Origin: Bacillus subtilis subsp. subtilis str. 168
GTDB taxonomy: Bacteria > Bacillota > Bacilli > Bacillales > Bacillaceae
Direction of reading: 5' to 3'
Length of the DNA stretch: 32,000 bases
NCBI RefSeq assembly: GCF_000009045.1
Contig: NC_000964.3
Coordinates: 1,080,001-1,112,000 of the forward strand
This document shows, piece after piece, positions 18,114 through 26,523 of this stretch. Numbering within the stretch: position 1 is the first letter of the stretch; every line of letters begins with the position of its first letter. The translations under genes were made by a program, and so were the position numbers. Below the pieces are notes generated by a model. It was not told the origin of the DNA, did not search any database, and worked only from the letters and a program-made list of their open reading frames with translations.

Positions 18114-18119
18114 CGCTCA

Positions 18120-18254
18120 TTACAAATCGTTTACTTTTATACAGTCATTGCAGATATTACCATAACACTCATGCTGCTCTTCTATCTTTTTTCCGCATTC
18201 CGCACACTTTTTCGAAGGCAGGTTTCTAAAAAATTCTGTGATTTTCCCCAGCAT
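18120..18254 (-). CDS. yhfH: 44-aa zinc-ribbon-like microprotein
   Basis: ATG at 18254 follows GGGGAAAGAGGGA. An in-frame TTG two codons upstream is an alternative start. The product MLGKITEFFRNLPSKKCAECGKKIEEQHECYGNICNDCIKVNDL carries CxxC ... CxxxxCxxC. The remainder of the 96-aa ORF-track model lacks an RBS. Confidence 0.6.
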   Translation of the reverse strand: MLGKITEFFRNLPSKKCAECGKKIEEQHECYGNICNDCIKVNDL

Positions 18255-18411
18255 AACCAATCCCTCTTTCCCCTTTGTAGTGATTTCATTGTAATATAAC
18301 AGATTACAAAAATCAATAACTGTTTTGATACAATGTTTAAAACATGCTTTTTTCAAGAAAAATGGGTATATTGAAGGAGGACCAATTTTTTTGAAAAGAT
18401 AGGAGGACATT

Positions 18412-19146
18412 ATGAAAGTTACAGTTATCGGATGCTATGGCGGTTTTCCGGCCGCAAATGAAGCGACGTCAGGCTATTTGTTTCAGTCAGGTGATTACTC
18501 TCTGCTTGTTGATTGCGGCAGTGCCGTATTGTCTAAGCTGTTCGGATATGTGCCGGCGGAAAAGCTGGATGCGGTCGTTCTGTCTCATTATCACCATGAC
18601 CATATCGCTGATATCGGACCGCTGCAATTTGCCAAGCAAGTCGGTTCGTTTCTCGGCAAAGGAGAGCATACGCTTCCGATTTACGGACATGATGCTGATA
18701 TAGAACAGTTTCAAAAGCTTACATATAAAACACATACAAAAGGGATCGCCTATCAGCCGGATCAGCCGCTGACTGCCGGTCCGTTTACGATCACCTTTTT
18801 AAAAACGATTCACCCGGTGACGTGCTATGCCATGCGGATTACTGACGGCAGCCACACTGTCGTTTATACTGCTGATTCCAGCTATCAGGATTCATTTATA
18901 CCGTTTTCGAAAGATGCTGATTTATTGATCTCAGAATGCAATTTTTATGCCGATCAAGACGGAACAAGTGCAGGCCATATGAACAGCCTGGAAGCTGGGC
19001 GCATTGCAAAAGAAGCCGGAGCGGGAGAACTGCTGCTGACACATTTGCCGCATTTTGGCGTGCATGACAACCTTCGCAAAGAAGCGAAAACCGTTTTTAA
19101 CGGAGAAGTGAATATTGCGAAATCAGGTTTTGTGTGGGAAGGATAA
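18412..19146 (+). CDS. yhfI: Metallo-beta-lactamase-fold hydrolase
   Basis: 244 aa with RBS AGGAGG. It has the HYHHDH (HxHxDH) motif, plus a downstream His and an Asp-His pair typical of the fold. Confidence 0.85.
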   Translation: MKVTVIGCYGGFPAANEATSGYLFQSGDYSLLVDCGSAVLSKLFGYVPAEKLDAVVLSHYHHDHIADIGPLQFAKQVGSFLGKGEHTLPIYGHDADIEQFQKLTYKTHTKGIAYQPDQPLTAGPFTITFLKTIHPVTCYAMRITDGSHTVVYTADSSYQDSFIPFSKDADLLISECNFYADQDGTSAGHMNSLEAGRIAKEAGAGELLLTHLPHFGVHDNLRKEAKTVFNGEVNIAKSGFVWEG

Positions 19147-19158
19147 AGGAGGAGCACC

Positions 19159-20154
19159 ATGTTATTTATAGACAATCAAAATATCAATGATCCGCGGATC
19201 AATCTTGCTATCGAGGAGTACTGTGTAAAGCATTTAGACCCTGAACAGCAATATTTGCTCTTTTATGTGAATCAACCGTCTATTATCATTGGGAAAAACC
19301 AAAATACAATAGAAGAAATCAATACAAAATATGTTGAGGAAAACGGGATTATCGTCGTCCGCCGTTTATCAGGCGGGGGCGCTGTGTACCATGATCTGGG
19401 GAACTTGAACTTCAGCTTTATTACCAAGGATGACGGGGACAGCTTTCATAACTTTAAAAAATTCACTGAGCCAGTGATTCAGGCGTTACATCAGCTTGGG
19501 GTTGAAGCCGAATTAAGCGGCCGGAACGACATTGTAGTAGATGGCCGGAAAATATCCGGAAACGCTCAGTTTGCAACGAAAGGCCGTATTTTCAGCCACG
19601 GCACCCTCATGTTTGATTCAGCCATTGATCATGTTGTATCAGCATTAAAGGTGAAAAAGGATAAAATTGAATCAAAAGGCATCAAATCGATCAGAAGCCG
19701 AGTGGCAAACATCAGTGAGTTTCTCGATGATAAAATGACCACCGAAGAATTCCGCAGCCATTTGCTTCGCCATATTTTTAACACAAACGACGTTGGAAAC
19801 GTGCCGGAGTATAAGCTGACGGAAAAAGATTGGGAGACCATTCATCAAATTTCGAAAGAGCGCTATCAGAATTGGGATTGGAACTACGGCCGCTCACCAA
19901 AATTTAACCTTAATCATTCGAAGCGTTATCCGGTTGGATCGATCGATTTGCACCTGGAAGTCAAGAAAGGCAAAATCGAGGACTGCAAAATCTTCGGAGA
20001 TTTCTTCGGTGTCGGTGATGTATCTGAAATTGAAAACCTGCTGGTCGGAAAACAATACGAACGCAGCGTCATCGCTGATGTGCTCGAAGGTGTGAATCTC
20101 AAGCATTACTTTGGGAACATTACGAAAGAGGATTTCCTTGATCTGATTTACTAA
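19159..20154 (+). CDS. lplJ: Lipoate-protein ligase (LplA family)
   Basis: 331 aa with RBS AAAGGAGGAG. It lies 12 nt after yhfI. Motifs are RRLSGGGAVYHDLGNLNFSF and GRKISGNAQ. Confidence 0.92.
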   Translation: MLFIDNQNINDPRINLAIEEYCVKHLDPEQQYLLFYVNQPSIIIGKNQNTIEEINTKYVEENGIIVVRRLSGGGAVYHDLGNLNFSFITKDDGDSFHNFKKFTEPVIQALHQLGVEAELSGRNDIVVDGRKISGNAQFATKGRIFSHGTLMFDSAIDHVVSALKVKKDKIESKGIKSIRSRVANISEFLDDKMTTEEFRSHLLRHIFNTNDVGNVPEYKLTEKDWETIHQISKERYQNWDWNYGRSPKFNLNHSKRYPVGSIDLHLEVKKGKIEDCKIFGDFFGVGDVSEIENLLVGKQYERSVIADVLEGVNLKHYFGNITKEDFLDLIY

Positions 20155-20218
20155 GGCAAAACACATCGTTTGAAAGAGCGGTTGTGTTTTTGAAATAATG
20201 GAGGCAGGAGGGATTCAC

Positions 20219-20863
20219 ATGAAAGTGTTTTTAATCGGAGCGAACGGACAAATCGGGCAAAGACTCGTCTCTTTATTCCAAGATAATCCTGATCATTCCA
20301 TCAGAGCGATGGTCAGAAAAGAAGAACAGAAAGCGTCTCTTGAAGCTGCCGGTGCAGAAGCTGTGCTTGCGAATCTGGAGGGCAGCCCGGAAGAAATCGC
20401 CGCTGCGGCAAAAGGTTGTGACGCGATCATTTTCACAGCCGGTTCCGGCGGCAGCACAGGCTATGATAAAACGCTGCTGGTGGATCTTGATGGAGCGGCA
20501 AAAGCCATTGAAGCTGCGGCCATTGCCGGAATCAAACGGTTTATTATGGTCAGCGCCCTGCAAGCCCATAACCGTGAAAATTGGAATGAGGCACTCAAGC
20601 CTTATTATGTGGCCAAGCATTATGCTGATAAAATTCTGGAAGCGAGCGGTTTAACCTATACGATTATCCGTCCGGGAGGCCTTCGCAATGAGCCTGGAAC
20701 GGGAACTGTTTCAGCAGCGAAGGATCTGGAGCGGGGATTTATTTCCCGTGATGACGTTGCAAAAACGGTCATTGCCTCTTTAGATGAGAAGAATACGGAA
20801 AATCGGGCCTTTGATCTGACAGAAGGAGATACGCCGATTGCCGAAGCATTGAAGAAACTATGA
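20219..20863 (+). CDS. yhfK: Atypical SDR / NAD(P)-binding NmrA-like protein
   Basis: 214 codons from ATG at 20219, after GGAGGCAGGAGGG. The Rossmann motif is IGANGQIG. Confidence 0.85.
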   Translation: MKVFLIGANGQIGQRLVSLFQDNPDHSIRAMVRKEEQKASLEAAGAEAVLANLEGSPEEIAAAAKGCDAIIFTAGSGGSTGYDKTLLVDLDGAAKAIEAAAIAGIKRFIMVSALQAHNRENWNEALKPYYVAKHYADKILEASGLTYTIIRPGGLRNEPGTGTVSAAKDLERGFISRDDVAKTVIASLDEKNTENRAFDLTEGDTPIAEALKKL

Positions 20864-20870
20864 CAGTACT

Positions 20871-20906
20871 GACACTCAGGGCTTTTTGCTCTTGAGTGTT
20901 TTTTTC
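20871..20906 (+). terminator. Rho-independent terminator of yhfK
   Basis: acactcagg (20872-20880) pairs with cttgagtgt (20891-20899) in 9 bp including one G-U pair. A T7 run follows. Confidence 0.6.
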
Positions 20907-20920
20907 TGTTTCTCTATAAT
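20892..20920 (+). promoter_or_regulatory. Candidate sigma-A promoter of lcfB
   Basis: TTGAGT (20892-20897), a 17-nt spacer, then TATAAT (20915-20920). The -35 lies inside the yhfK terminator stem. Confidence 0.5.
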
Positions 20921-20945
20921 GGAGAAGAAAGCTTGGCTTCAATAA

Positions 20946-20963
20946 TGAATGACTATTCATTCA
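20946..20963. promoter_or_regulatory. FadR (YsiA)-type operator in front of lcfB
   Basis: The palindrome is TGAATGA-CTAT-TCATTCA. It matches the remembered FadR box consensus ATGAATGAnTAnTCATTCAT. It lies about 25-45 nt downstream of the candidate -10. Confidence 0.75.
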
Positions 20964-20979
20964 CTTAAGGGGTGGGAGA

Positions 20980-22521
20980 ATGAATCTTGTTTCAAAATTG
21001 GAAGAAACAGCATCTGAGAAGCCCGACAGCATCGCATGCAGGTTTAAAGATCACATGATGACGTATCAAGAGCTGAATGAATATATTCAGCGATTTGCGG
21101 ACGGCCTTCAGGAAGCCGGTATGGAGAAAGGGGACCATTTAGCTTTGCTGCTTGGCAATTCGCCTGATTTTATCATCGCGTTTTTTGGCGCTTTAAAAGC
21201 TGGGATCGTAGTTGTTCCCATCAATCCGTTGTACACGCCGACAGAAATTGGTTATATGCTGACAAATGGCGATGTAAAGGCAATCGTGGGCGTTAGCCAG
21301 CTTTTGCCGCTTTATGAGAGCATGCATGAATCGCTGCCAAAGGTTGAGCTCGTCATTTTATGCCAGACGGGGGAGGCCGAGCCGGAAGCTGCGGACCCAG
21401 AGGTCAGGATGAAAATGACAACGTTTGCAAAAATATTGCGGCCGACATCTGCCGCTAAACAAAACCAAGAACCTGTACCTGATGATACCGCGGTTATTTT
21501 ATATACGTCAGGAACGACTGGAAAACCGAAAGGCGCGATGCTGACACATCAGAATTTGTACAGCAATGCCAACGATGTCGCAGGCTATTTGGGAATGGAT
21601 GAGAGGGACAATGTGGTCTGCGCTCTTCCCATGTTTCACGTGTTTTGTTTAACCGTCTGTATGAATGCACCGCTGATGAGCGGCGCAACTGTATTGATTG
21701 AGCCTCAATTCAGTCCGGCATCTGTTTTTAAGCTTGTTAAGCAGCAGCAGGCGACCATTTTTGCCGGTGTGCCTACAATGTATAACTACTTGTTTCAGCA
21801 TGAAAACGGAAAGAAAGATGATTTTTCTTCGATCCGGCTGTGCATTTCGGGAGGCGCGTCCATGCCAGTCGCGTTGCTGACGGCGTTTGAAGAAAAATTC
21901 GGTGTTACCATTTTGGAAGGCTACGGGCTCTCGGAAGCATCACCCGTCACGTGCTTTAACCCGTTTGACAGGGGCAGAAAGCCGGGCTCCATCGGGACAA
22001 GTATCTTACATGTCGAAAACAAGGTCGTAGATCCGCTCGGACGCGAGCTGCCCGCTCACCAGGTCGGCGAATTGATCGTGAAAGGCCCCAATGTGATGAA
22101 GGGCTATTATAAAATGCCGATGGAAACAGAGCATGCATTAAAAGACGGGTGGCTTTATACGGGGGACTTGGCAAGACGGGATGAGGACGGCTATTTTTAC
22201 ATTGTTGACCGGAAAAAAGACATGATCATTGTAGGAGGATACAATGTGTATCCGCGGGAGGTGGAGGAGGTGCTGTACAGCCATCCGGACGTCAAGGAGG
22301 CGGTTGTCATCGGCGTGCCGGACCCCCAAAGCGGGGAAGCGGTAAAGGGATATGTGGTGCCGAAACGCTCTGGGGTAACAGAGGAGGACATCATGCAGCA
22401 CTGCGAAAAGCATCTGGCAAAATACAAGCGGCCTGCCGCCATTACGTTTCTTGACGATATTCCGAAAAATGCGACGGGGAAAATGCTCAGACGGGCACTG
22501 AGAGATATTTTGCCCCAATAA
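20980..22521 (+). CDS. lcfB: Long-chain acyl-CoA synthetase (AMP-forming)
   Basis: 513 aa with RBS AAGGGGTGGGAG. The AMP-binding motifs are [16 protein letters not shown] and [22 protein letters not shown]. Confidence 0.92.
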
Positions 22522-22522
22522 A

Positions 22523-22560
22523 ATGAAAAAGCGAAGCGGTTAGCTTCGCTTTTTCATTTT
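22523..22560. terminator. Bidirectional terminator between convergent lcfB and yhfM
   Basis: atgaaaaagcgaagc (22523-22537) pairs with gcttcgctttttcat (22543-22557), with a 5-nt loop. T-runs follow on both strands. Confidence 0.88.
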
Positions 22561-22955
22561 CAATCCTTTGCTTCTTTTTTAATAATATTTAGCAGCGCCT
22601 TTGTATCATTTTTGCTTAATTTGTAGTATGTGCCATCCTTCAAAAAAACGGCTTGCTGGCTGCCGTCAATCCATAGTCTGAATGAGTCATACCGGTCTTT
22701 ATGAAACTTGATTGTCCCTTCGTAATCAGGGGCTGATGTTTTTTCTGTCTTCACCTGTTTTCCCTGATTCATAATATCCAGCATATCTTTGACGTGCTGT
22801 CTTTTTTCAATCTCGATATCTTCCTGGCCGCTTGAAGACAGTGTGATCAAATCCGCGTCTACCGATTGATACACATCGCCTGATCGGCTGTAAAGATAAA
22901 AAAATGCGATAAACACAAGACCGATTACCACGATGGCTGCCACTATTTTTTTCAT
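22560..22955 (-). CDS. yhfM: Small secreted or membrane-anchored protein of unknown function
   Basis: 131 codons from ATG at 22955, 8 nt after GGAG. The N-terminal signal/anchor is MKKIVAAIVVIGLVFIAFFYLY. Confidence 0.7.
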   Translation of the reverse strand: MKKIVAAIVVIGLVFIAFFYLYSRSGDVYQSVDADLITLSSSGQEDIEIEKRQHVKDMLDIMNQGKQVKTEKTSAPDYEGTIKFHKDRYDSFRLWIDGSQQAVFLKDGTYYKLSKNDTKALLNIIKKEAKD

Positions 22956-23103
22956 TTGCATCACTCCAAACATTGTTAGTTTTCCCAGCGATCGGGGTTT
23001 CCATGCTTAAAAGGGTGGAAAAGTGCGGAACACAGCTTGGTTCTAAGAATTTGAATTTATGATTACAATAGAAGTAACGGGTTGATGTGAGGAGTGAGGC
23101 GTT

Positions 23104-24384
23104 ATGCGCAAGTGGATTGCGGCAGCAGGACTTGCTTACGTGCTGTACGGGCTGTTTTTTTATTGGTATTTTTTCCTGTCGGGTGATTCCGCAATACCGG
23201 AAGCCGTGAAAGGGACGCAGGCTGATCCGGCTTCTTTCATGAAGCCGTCTGAGTTGGCAGTGGCCGAGCAGTATTCGAATGTCAAGAATTTTTTATTTTT
23301 TATCGGGGTACCACTTGATTGGTTTCTGTTTTTTGTTCTGCTTGTCAGCGGTGTTTCAAAGAAAATCAAGAAATGGATCGAAGCGGCCGTGCCTTTTCGG
23401 TTTTTGCAGACCGTTGGTTTTGTGTTTGTGCTTTCGCTGATTACAACATTGGTGACGCTGCCTTTAGATTGGATAGGCTATCAAGTATCGCTTGACTATA
23501 ACATTTCCACACAGACAACGGCCAGCTGGGCTAAGGATCAGGTTATCAGCTTTTGGATCAGCTTTCCAATCTTTACGCTTTGCGTTCTCGTTTTTTATTG
23601 GCTGATCAAAAGGCATGAAAAAAAATGGTGGTTATACGCCTGGCTGTTAACAGTGCCGTTTTCGCTGTTTCTGTTTTTTATTCAGCCGGTCATTATCGAT
23701 CCTTTATACAATGATTTTTATCCGCTGAAAAACAAAGAGCTTGAAAGCAAAATTTTAGAGCTGGCAGATGAAGCCAATATTCCGGCTGACCATGTATATG
23801 AAGTGAACATGTCAGAAAAAACAAATGCGCTGAATGCCTATGTTACAGGAATTGGGGCCAATAAACGGATTGTATTGTGGGATACGACGCTGAACAAACT
23901 TGACGATTCAGAAATTCTGTTTATTATGGGCCACGAAATGGGCCATTATGTCATGAAGCACGTTTACATCGGTCTGGCTGGCTATTTGCTCGTGTCGCTC
24001 GCCGGATTTTATGTCATTGATAAGCTTTACAAGCGGACGGTTCGCCTAACCCGCAGCATGTTTCATTTAGAAGGGCGGCATGATCTTGCGGCACTTCCGC
24101 TGTTATTGCTTTTGTTTTCTGTTTTGAGCTTTGCGGTTACGCCTTTTTCTAATGCTGTCTCGCGTTATCAGGAGAATAAGGCTGACCAGTATGGGATCGA
24201 GTTGACAGAGAACAGAGAAGCCGCTGTTAAAACGTTTCAGGATTTGGCCGTGACGGGGCTGAGCCAGGTTGATCCTCCGGTGCTTGTGAAGATTTTCAGA
24301 GGCAGCCATCCGTCGATCATGGAACGGATTCAACATGCGGAGAAAGAAGAGAATGCGCCGGAACATCAGGATGCTGACAAATAA
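23104..24384 (+). CDS. yhfN: M48 (Ste24/HtpX-like) integral membrane zinc metalloprotease
   Basis: 426 aa with multiple TM segments. The HEMGH zinc motif appears in IMGHEMGHYV. RBS is GAGGAGTGAGG. Confidence 0.88.
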   Translation: MRKWIAAAGLAYVLYGLFFYWYFFLSGDSAIPEAVKGTQADPASFMKPSELAVAEQYSNVKNFLFFIGVPLDWFLFFVLLVSGVSKKIKKWIEAAVPFRFLQTVGFVFVLSLITTLVTLPLDWIGYQVSLDYNISTQTTASWAKDQVISFWISFPIFTLCVLVFYWLIKRHEKKWWLYAWLLTVPFSLFLFFIQPVIIDPLYNDFYPLKNKELESKILELADEANIPADHVYEVNMSEKTNALNAYVTGIGANKRIVLWDTTLNKLDDSEILFIMGHEMGHYVMKHVYIGLAGYLLVSLAGFYVIDKLYKRTVRLTRSMFHLEGRHDLAALPLLLLLFSVLSFAVTPFSNAVSRYQENKADQYGIELTENREAAVKTFQDLAVTGLSQVDPPVLVKIFRGSHPSIMERIQHAEKEENAPEHQDADK

Positions 24385-24418
24385 AAAGAAGCAGGTATGG
24401 AGGAACCTGCTTCTTTTT
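24383..24418. terminator. Bidirectional terminator between convergent yhfN and aprE
   Basis: gaagcaggt (24388-24396) pairs with acctgcttc (24405-24413), flanked by an A5 run and a T5 run. Confidence 0.88.
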
Positions 24419-24422
24419 ACTA

Positions 24423-25568
24423 TTATTGTGCAGCTGCTTGTACGTTGATTAACCCTTTTCCATAGTAGAAAGAGTTTCCAAGATATGTTGCAGTGCTTTC
24501 TAAACGATCACGGACTTGCGCGTTTGTCCAAGTCGGGTGCTTAGAAAGAATTAACGCTGCTGCTCCGGCAACGTGAGGAGTCGCCATGGACGTTCCGTTA
24601 TAAGCGCCGTAAGTGCCTCCAGGAAGTGTGCTTTGGATGGACACGCCAGGAGCCATCACATCAAGCTCAGAACCTGCGCTGGAGAATGAAGCTCTTTGGT
24701 TGCTGCTGTTTACCGCACCTACTGCAATAGTAGAAGGATATTTTGCAGGGTAGCCGACTGTGCTTGTGCTTCCGGATGAACCTTCGTTTCCGGCTGCGGC
24801 AGCAACGACGATACCGCTGGAAACGGCTTTGTCAACGACTGTTTTCAGCGCTGTAGAACCAGTAGGTCCGCCAAGGCTCATGTTGATAACATCCATATTG
24901 TTGGAAATGGCCCACTCAATGCCGTTAATAATCCAGCTATATTGGCCGCTTCCTGTTGAATCAAGCACTTTTACTGCATATAATGATGCGCTTGGCGCTA
25001 CGCCCAGAACACCGATTGAGTTATTAAGAGCGGCAATCGTACCGGCTACATGCGTACCGTGAGAACTGCCGTCCTGGTATGGGTTTGTTTCAGAAGGTAC
25101 GAAGCTTGCTCCGCCTCTGACGTTTAAGTCAGGATGAGAAGAGTCAATTCCGCTGTCGATAACAGCTACTTTTACGTTAGAGCCTGTGTAGCCTTGAGAG
25201 TGAAGAGCCGGCGCTTTAATTTGAGAAATGCCATAAGGAACAGATTGCGCATATTCATGTGCAATATGATCTTCTTCCACATATGCAACGCTCGGATCTT
25301 TTTTCAATTCTTTTACAGCTTTTTCATCCAATGTTGCTGCGGCCGCGTTAACATACTTAAATTGCTTTTGAACCTTTCCGCCTTTTTCAGAAATAACATC
25401 CTTTTTCTTGGCGGAACTCATGGCACTCATTGTCTGTTTAAATCCGACAATGTATTTCTTTTCTGTACTGCTTTTTCCGGCAGCCTGCGCAGACATGTTG
25501 CTGAACGCCATCGTAAAGATTAACGTTAACGCAAACAACAAGCTGATCCACAATTTTTTGCTTCTCAC
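24423..25568 (-). CDS. aprE: Subtilisin E precursor (extracellular alkaline serine protease, S8 family): signal peptide, propeptide and mature domain
   Basis: 381 aa with a GTG start after AAAAGGAGAGGG. The signal peptide is [29 protein letters not shown]. The mature N-terminus is [12 protein letters not shown]. Catalytic triad contexts are [17 protein letters not shown] and [11 protein letters not shown]. The sequence matches my memory of B. subtilis subtilisin E. Confidence 0.98.
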   Translation of the reverse strand: MRSKKLWISLLFALTLIFTMAFSNMSAQAAGKSSTEKKYIVGFKQTMSAMSSAKKKDVISEKGGKVQKQFKYVNAAAATLDEKAVKELKKDPSVAYVEEDHIAHEYAQSVPYGISQIKAPALHSQGYTGSNVKVAVIDSGIDSSHPDLNVRGGASFVPSETNPYQDGSSHGTHVAGTIAALNNSIGVLGVAPSASLYAVKVLDSTGSGQYSWIINGIEWAISNNMDVINMSLGGPTGSTALKTVVDKAVSSGIVVAAAAGNEGSSGSTSTVGYPAKYPSTIAVGAVNSSNQRASFSSAGSELDVMAPGVSIQSTLPGGTYGAYNGTSMATPHVAGAAALILSKHPTWTNAQVRDRLESTATYLGNSFYYGKGLINVQAAAQ

Positions 25569-25595
25569 TCTTTACCCTCTCCTTTTAAAAAAATT

Positions 25596-25625
25596 CAGAG
25601 TAGACTTACTTAAAAGACTATTCTG
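25596..25625 (-). other. 5' stem-loop of the aprE mRNA leader (mRNA-stabilising element)
   Basis: On the - strand, CAGAAUAGUCUU-UUAAGU-AAGUCUACUCUG pairs in 10 of 12 positions, right at the predicted 5' end. The predicted leader (25569-25626) is about 58 nt, consistent with what I remember for aprE. Confidence 0.6.
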
Positions 25626-25632
25626 TGAATTT

Positions 25633-25661
25633 ATTGTAATAGATGGAATAATATTTTAGTA
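25633..25661 (-). promoter_or_regulatory. aprE sigma-A promoter
   Basis: On the - strand, TACTAA (25661-25656), a 17-nt spacer, then TACAAT (25638-25633). The context GGTCTACTAAAATATTATTCCATCTATTACAATAAATTCACAGAATAG matches the remembered aprE promoter. The spacer contains AATAATATT (25647-25655), which fits the ScoC/Hpr motif RATANTATY. Confidence 0.85.
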
Positions 25662-25900
25662 GACCCATTTTTTTGAGATGATTTTATCTCTATTTAGGTA
25701 TATCATCTCTCGCTATTTCCGTAGAGACTCGAAATAACTATTTTCATACAGAAAAGAACGAAAATAGACATGAGTAAATGTTCATTATGCTGAAATGTCA
25801 TGCTTTTTTAGGTTAAATGCTCCTGAGTCCCGGCAAATTCCTGTCGAAAAAATTCGTTCAAATGACCTGCGTGTGCTTCCGTGAGAACAATGGATATTAT
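25662..25900 (-). promoter_or_regulatory. AT-rich aprE upstream control region (DegU, ScoC, SinR and AbrB target area per established knowledge)
   Basis: It is a long AT-rich non-coding tract. A GTTCTCA (SinR-like GTTCTYT) lies on the - strand at 25882-25888, about 255 nt upstream of the predicted start. Individual sites are not resolvable by eye. Confidence 0.55.
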
Positions 25901-26002
25901 CGTGATATTTTTTCAAAGCATGATGATAAAAGTATTCTGAAAAATAAACTTTACAGAAAAGGGATAGAATGAAAAAATTATTGAGAGGGAGGAAGAAATA
26001 AG

Positions 26003-26452
26003 ATGAACATTCGCCAAGCAAAGACATCAGATGCGGCCGCCATTGCGCCGCTGTTTAACCAATATCGGGAATTTTATAGACAGGCATCCGATTTGCAAGG
26101 GGCAGAGGCTTTTTTGAAAGCTCGTTTGGAAAATCACGAGTCTGTTATTTTGATAGCAGAAGAAAATGGAGAATTCATAGGCTTTACCCAGCTCTATCCA
26201 ACGTTTTCTTCTGTGTCAATGAAAAGGATATACATATTAAATGACTTATTTGTCGTTCCTCATGCGCGTACAAAGGGAGCCGGCGGCCGGCTGCTTTCTG
26301 CCGCAAAGGATTATGCAGGGCAAAACGGGGCAAAATGTTTAACACTTCAGACTGAGCACCACAACCGGAAGGCAAGAAGCTTGTATGAGCAAAACGGCTA
26401 TGAAGAGGATACCGGATTTGTCCATTATTGTCTCAATGTGCCGGCGAAGTGA
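26003..26452 (+). CDS. yhfO: GNAT-family N-acetyltransferase
   Basis: 149 aa with RBS GAGGGAGGAAG. The acetyl-CoA binding segment is VVPHARTKGAGGRLLSAAKDYA. Confidence 0.85.
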   Translation: MNIRQAKTSDAAAIAPLFNQYREFYRQASDLQGAEAFLKARLENHESVILIAEENGEFIGFTQLYPTFSSVSMKRIYILNDLFVVPHARTKGAGGRLLSAAKDYAGQNGAKCLTLQTEHHNRKARSLYEQNGYEEDTGFVHYCLNVPAK

Positions 26453-26523
26453 AAATGGCGGCTTGATGATTTGGTTTTTTGAACGTTCTTCGGTTACGAT
26501 ATAAATGAAAAGGAGTGTGCCGA

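Noticed and set aside
18255-18410. Upstream 52 codons of the 96-aa ORF containing yhfH
   Set aside because: There is no RBS at 18410. The region holds the divergent yhfI promoter and RBS. The RBS-supported start is at 18254.
20158-20193. Possible terminator after lplJ
   Set aside because: It has only a 6-bp perfect stem (aacaca/tgtgtt) with mismatches and a T-run that overlaps the stem. I cannot support it as a feature.
25785-26027. 80-aa - strand ORF in the aprE-yhfO intergenic region
   Set aside because: It has no Shine-Dalgarno sequence and overlaps the yhfO RBS and start codon. It lies in the AT-rich aprE control region, and its odd composition looks like a chance ORF.
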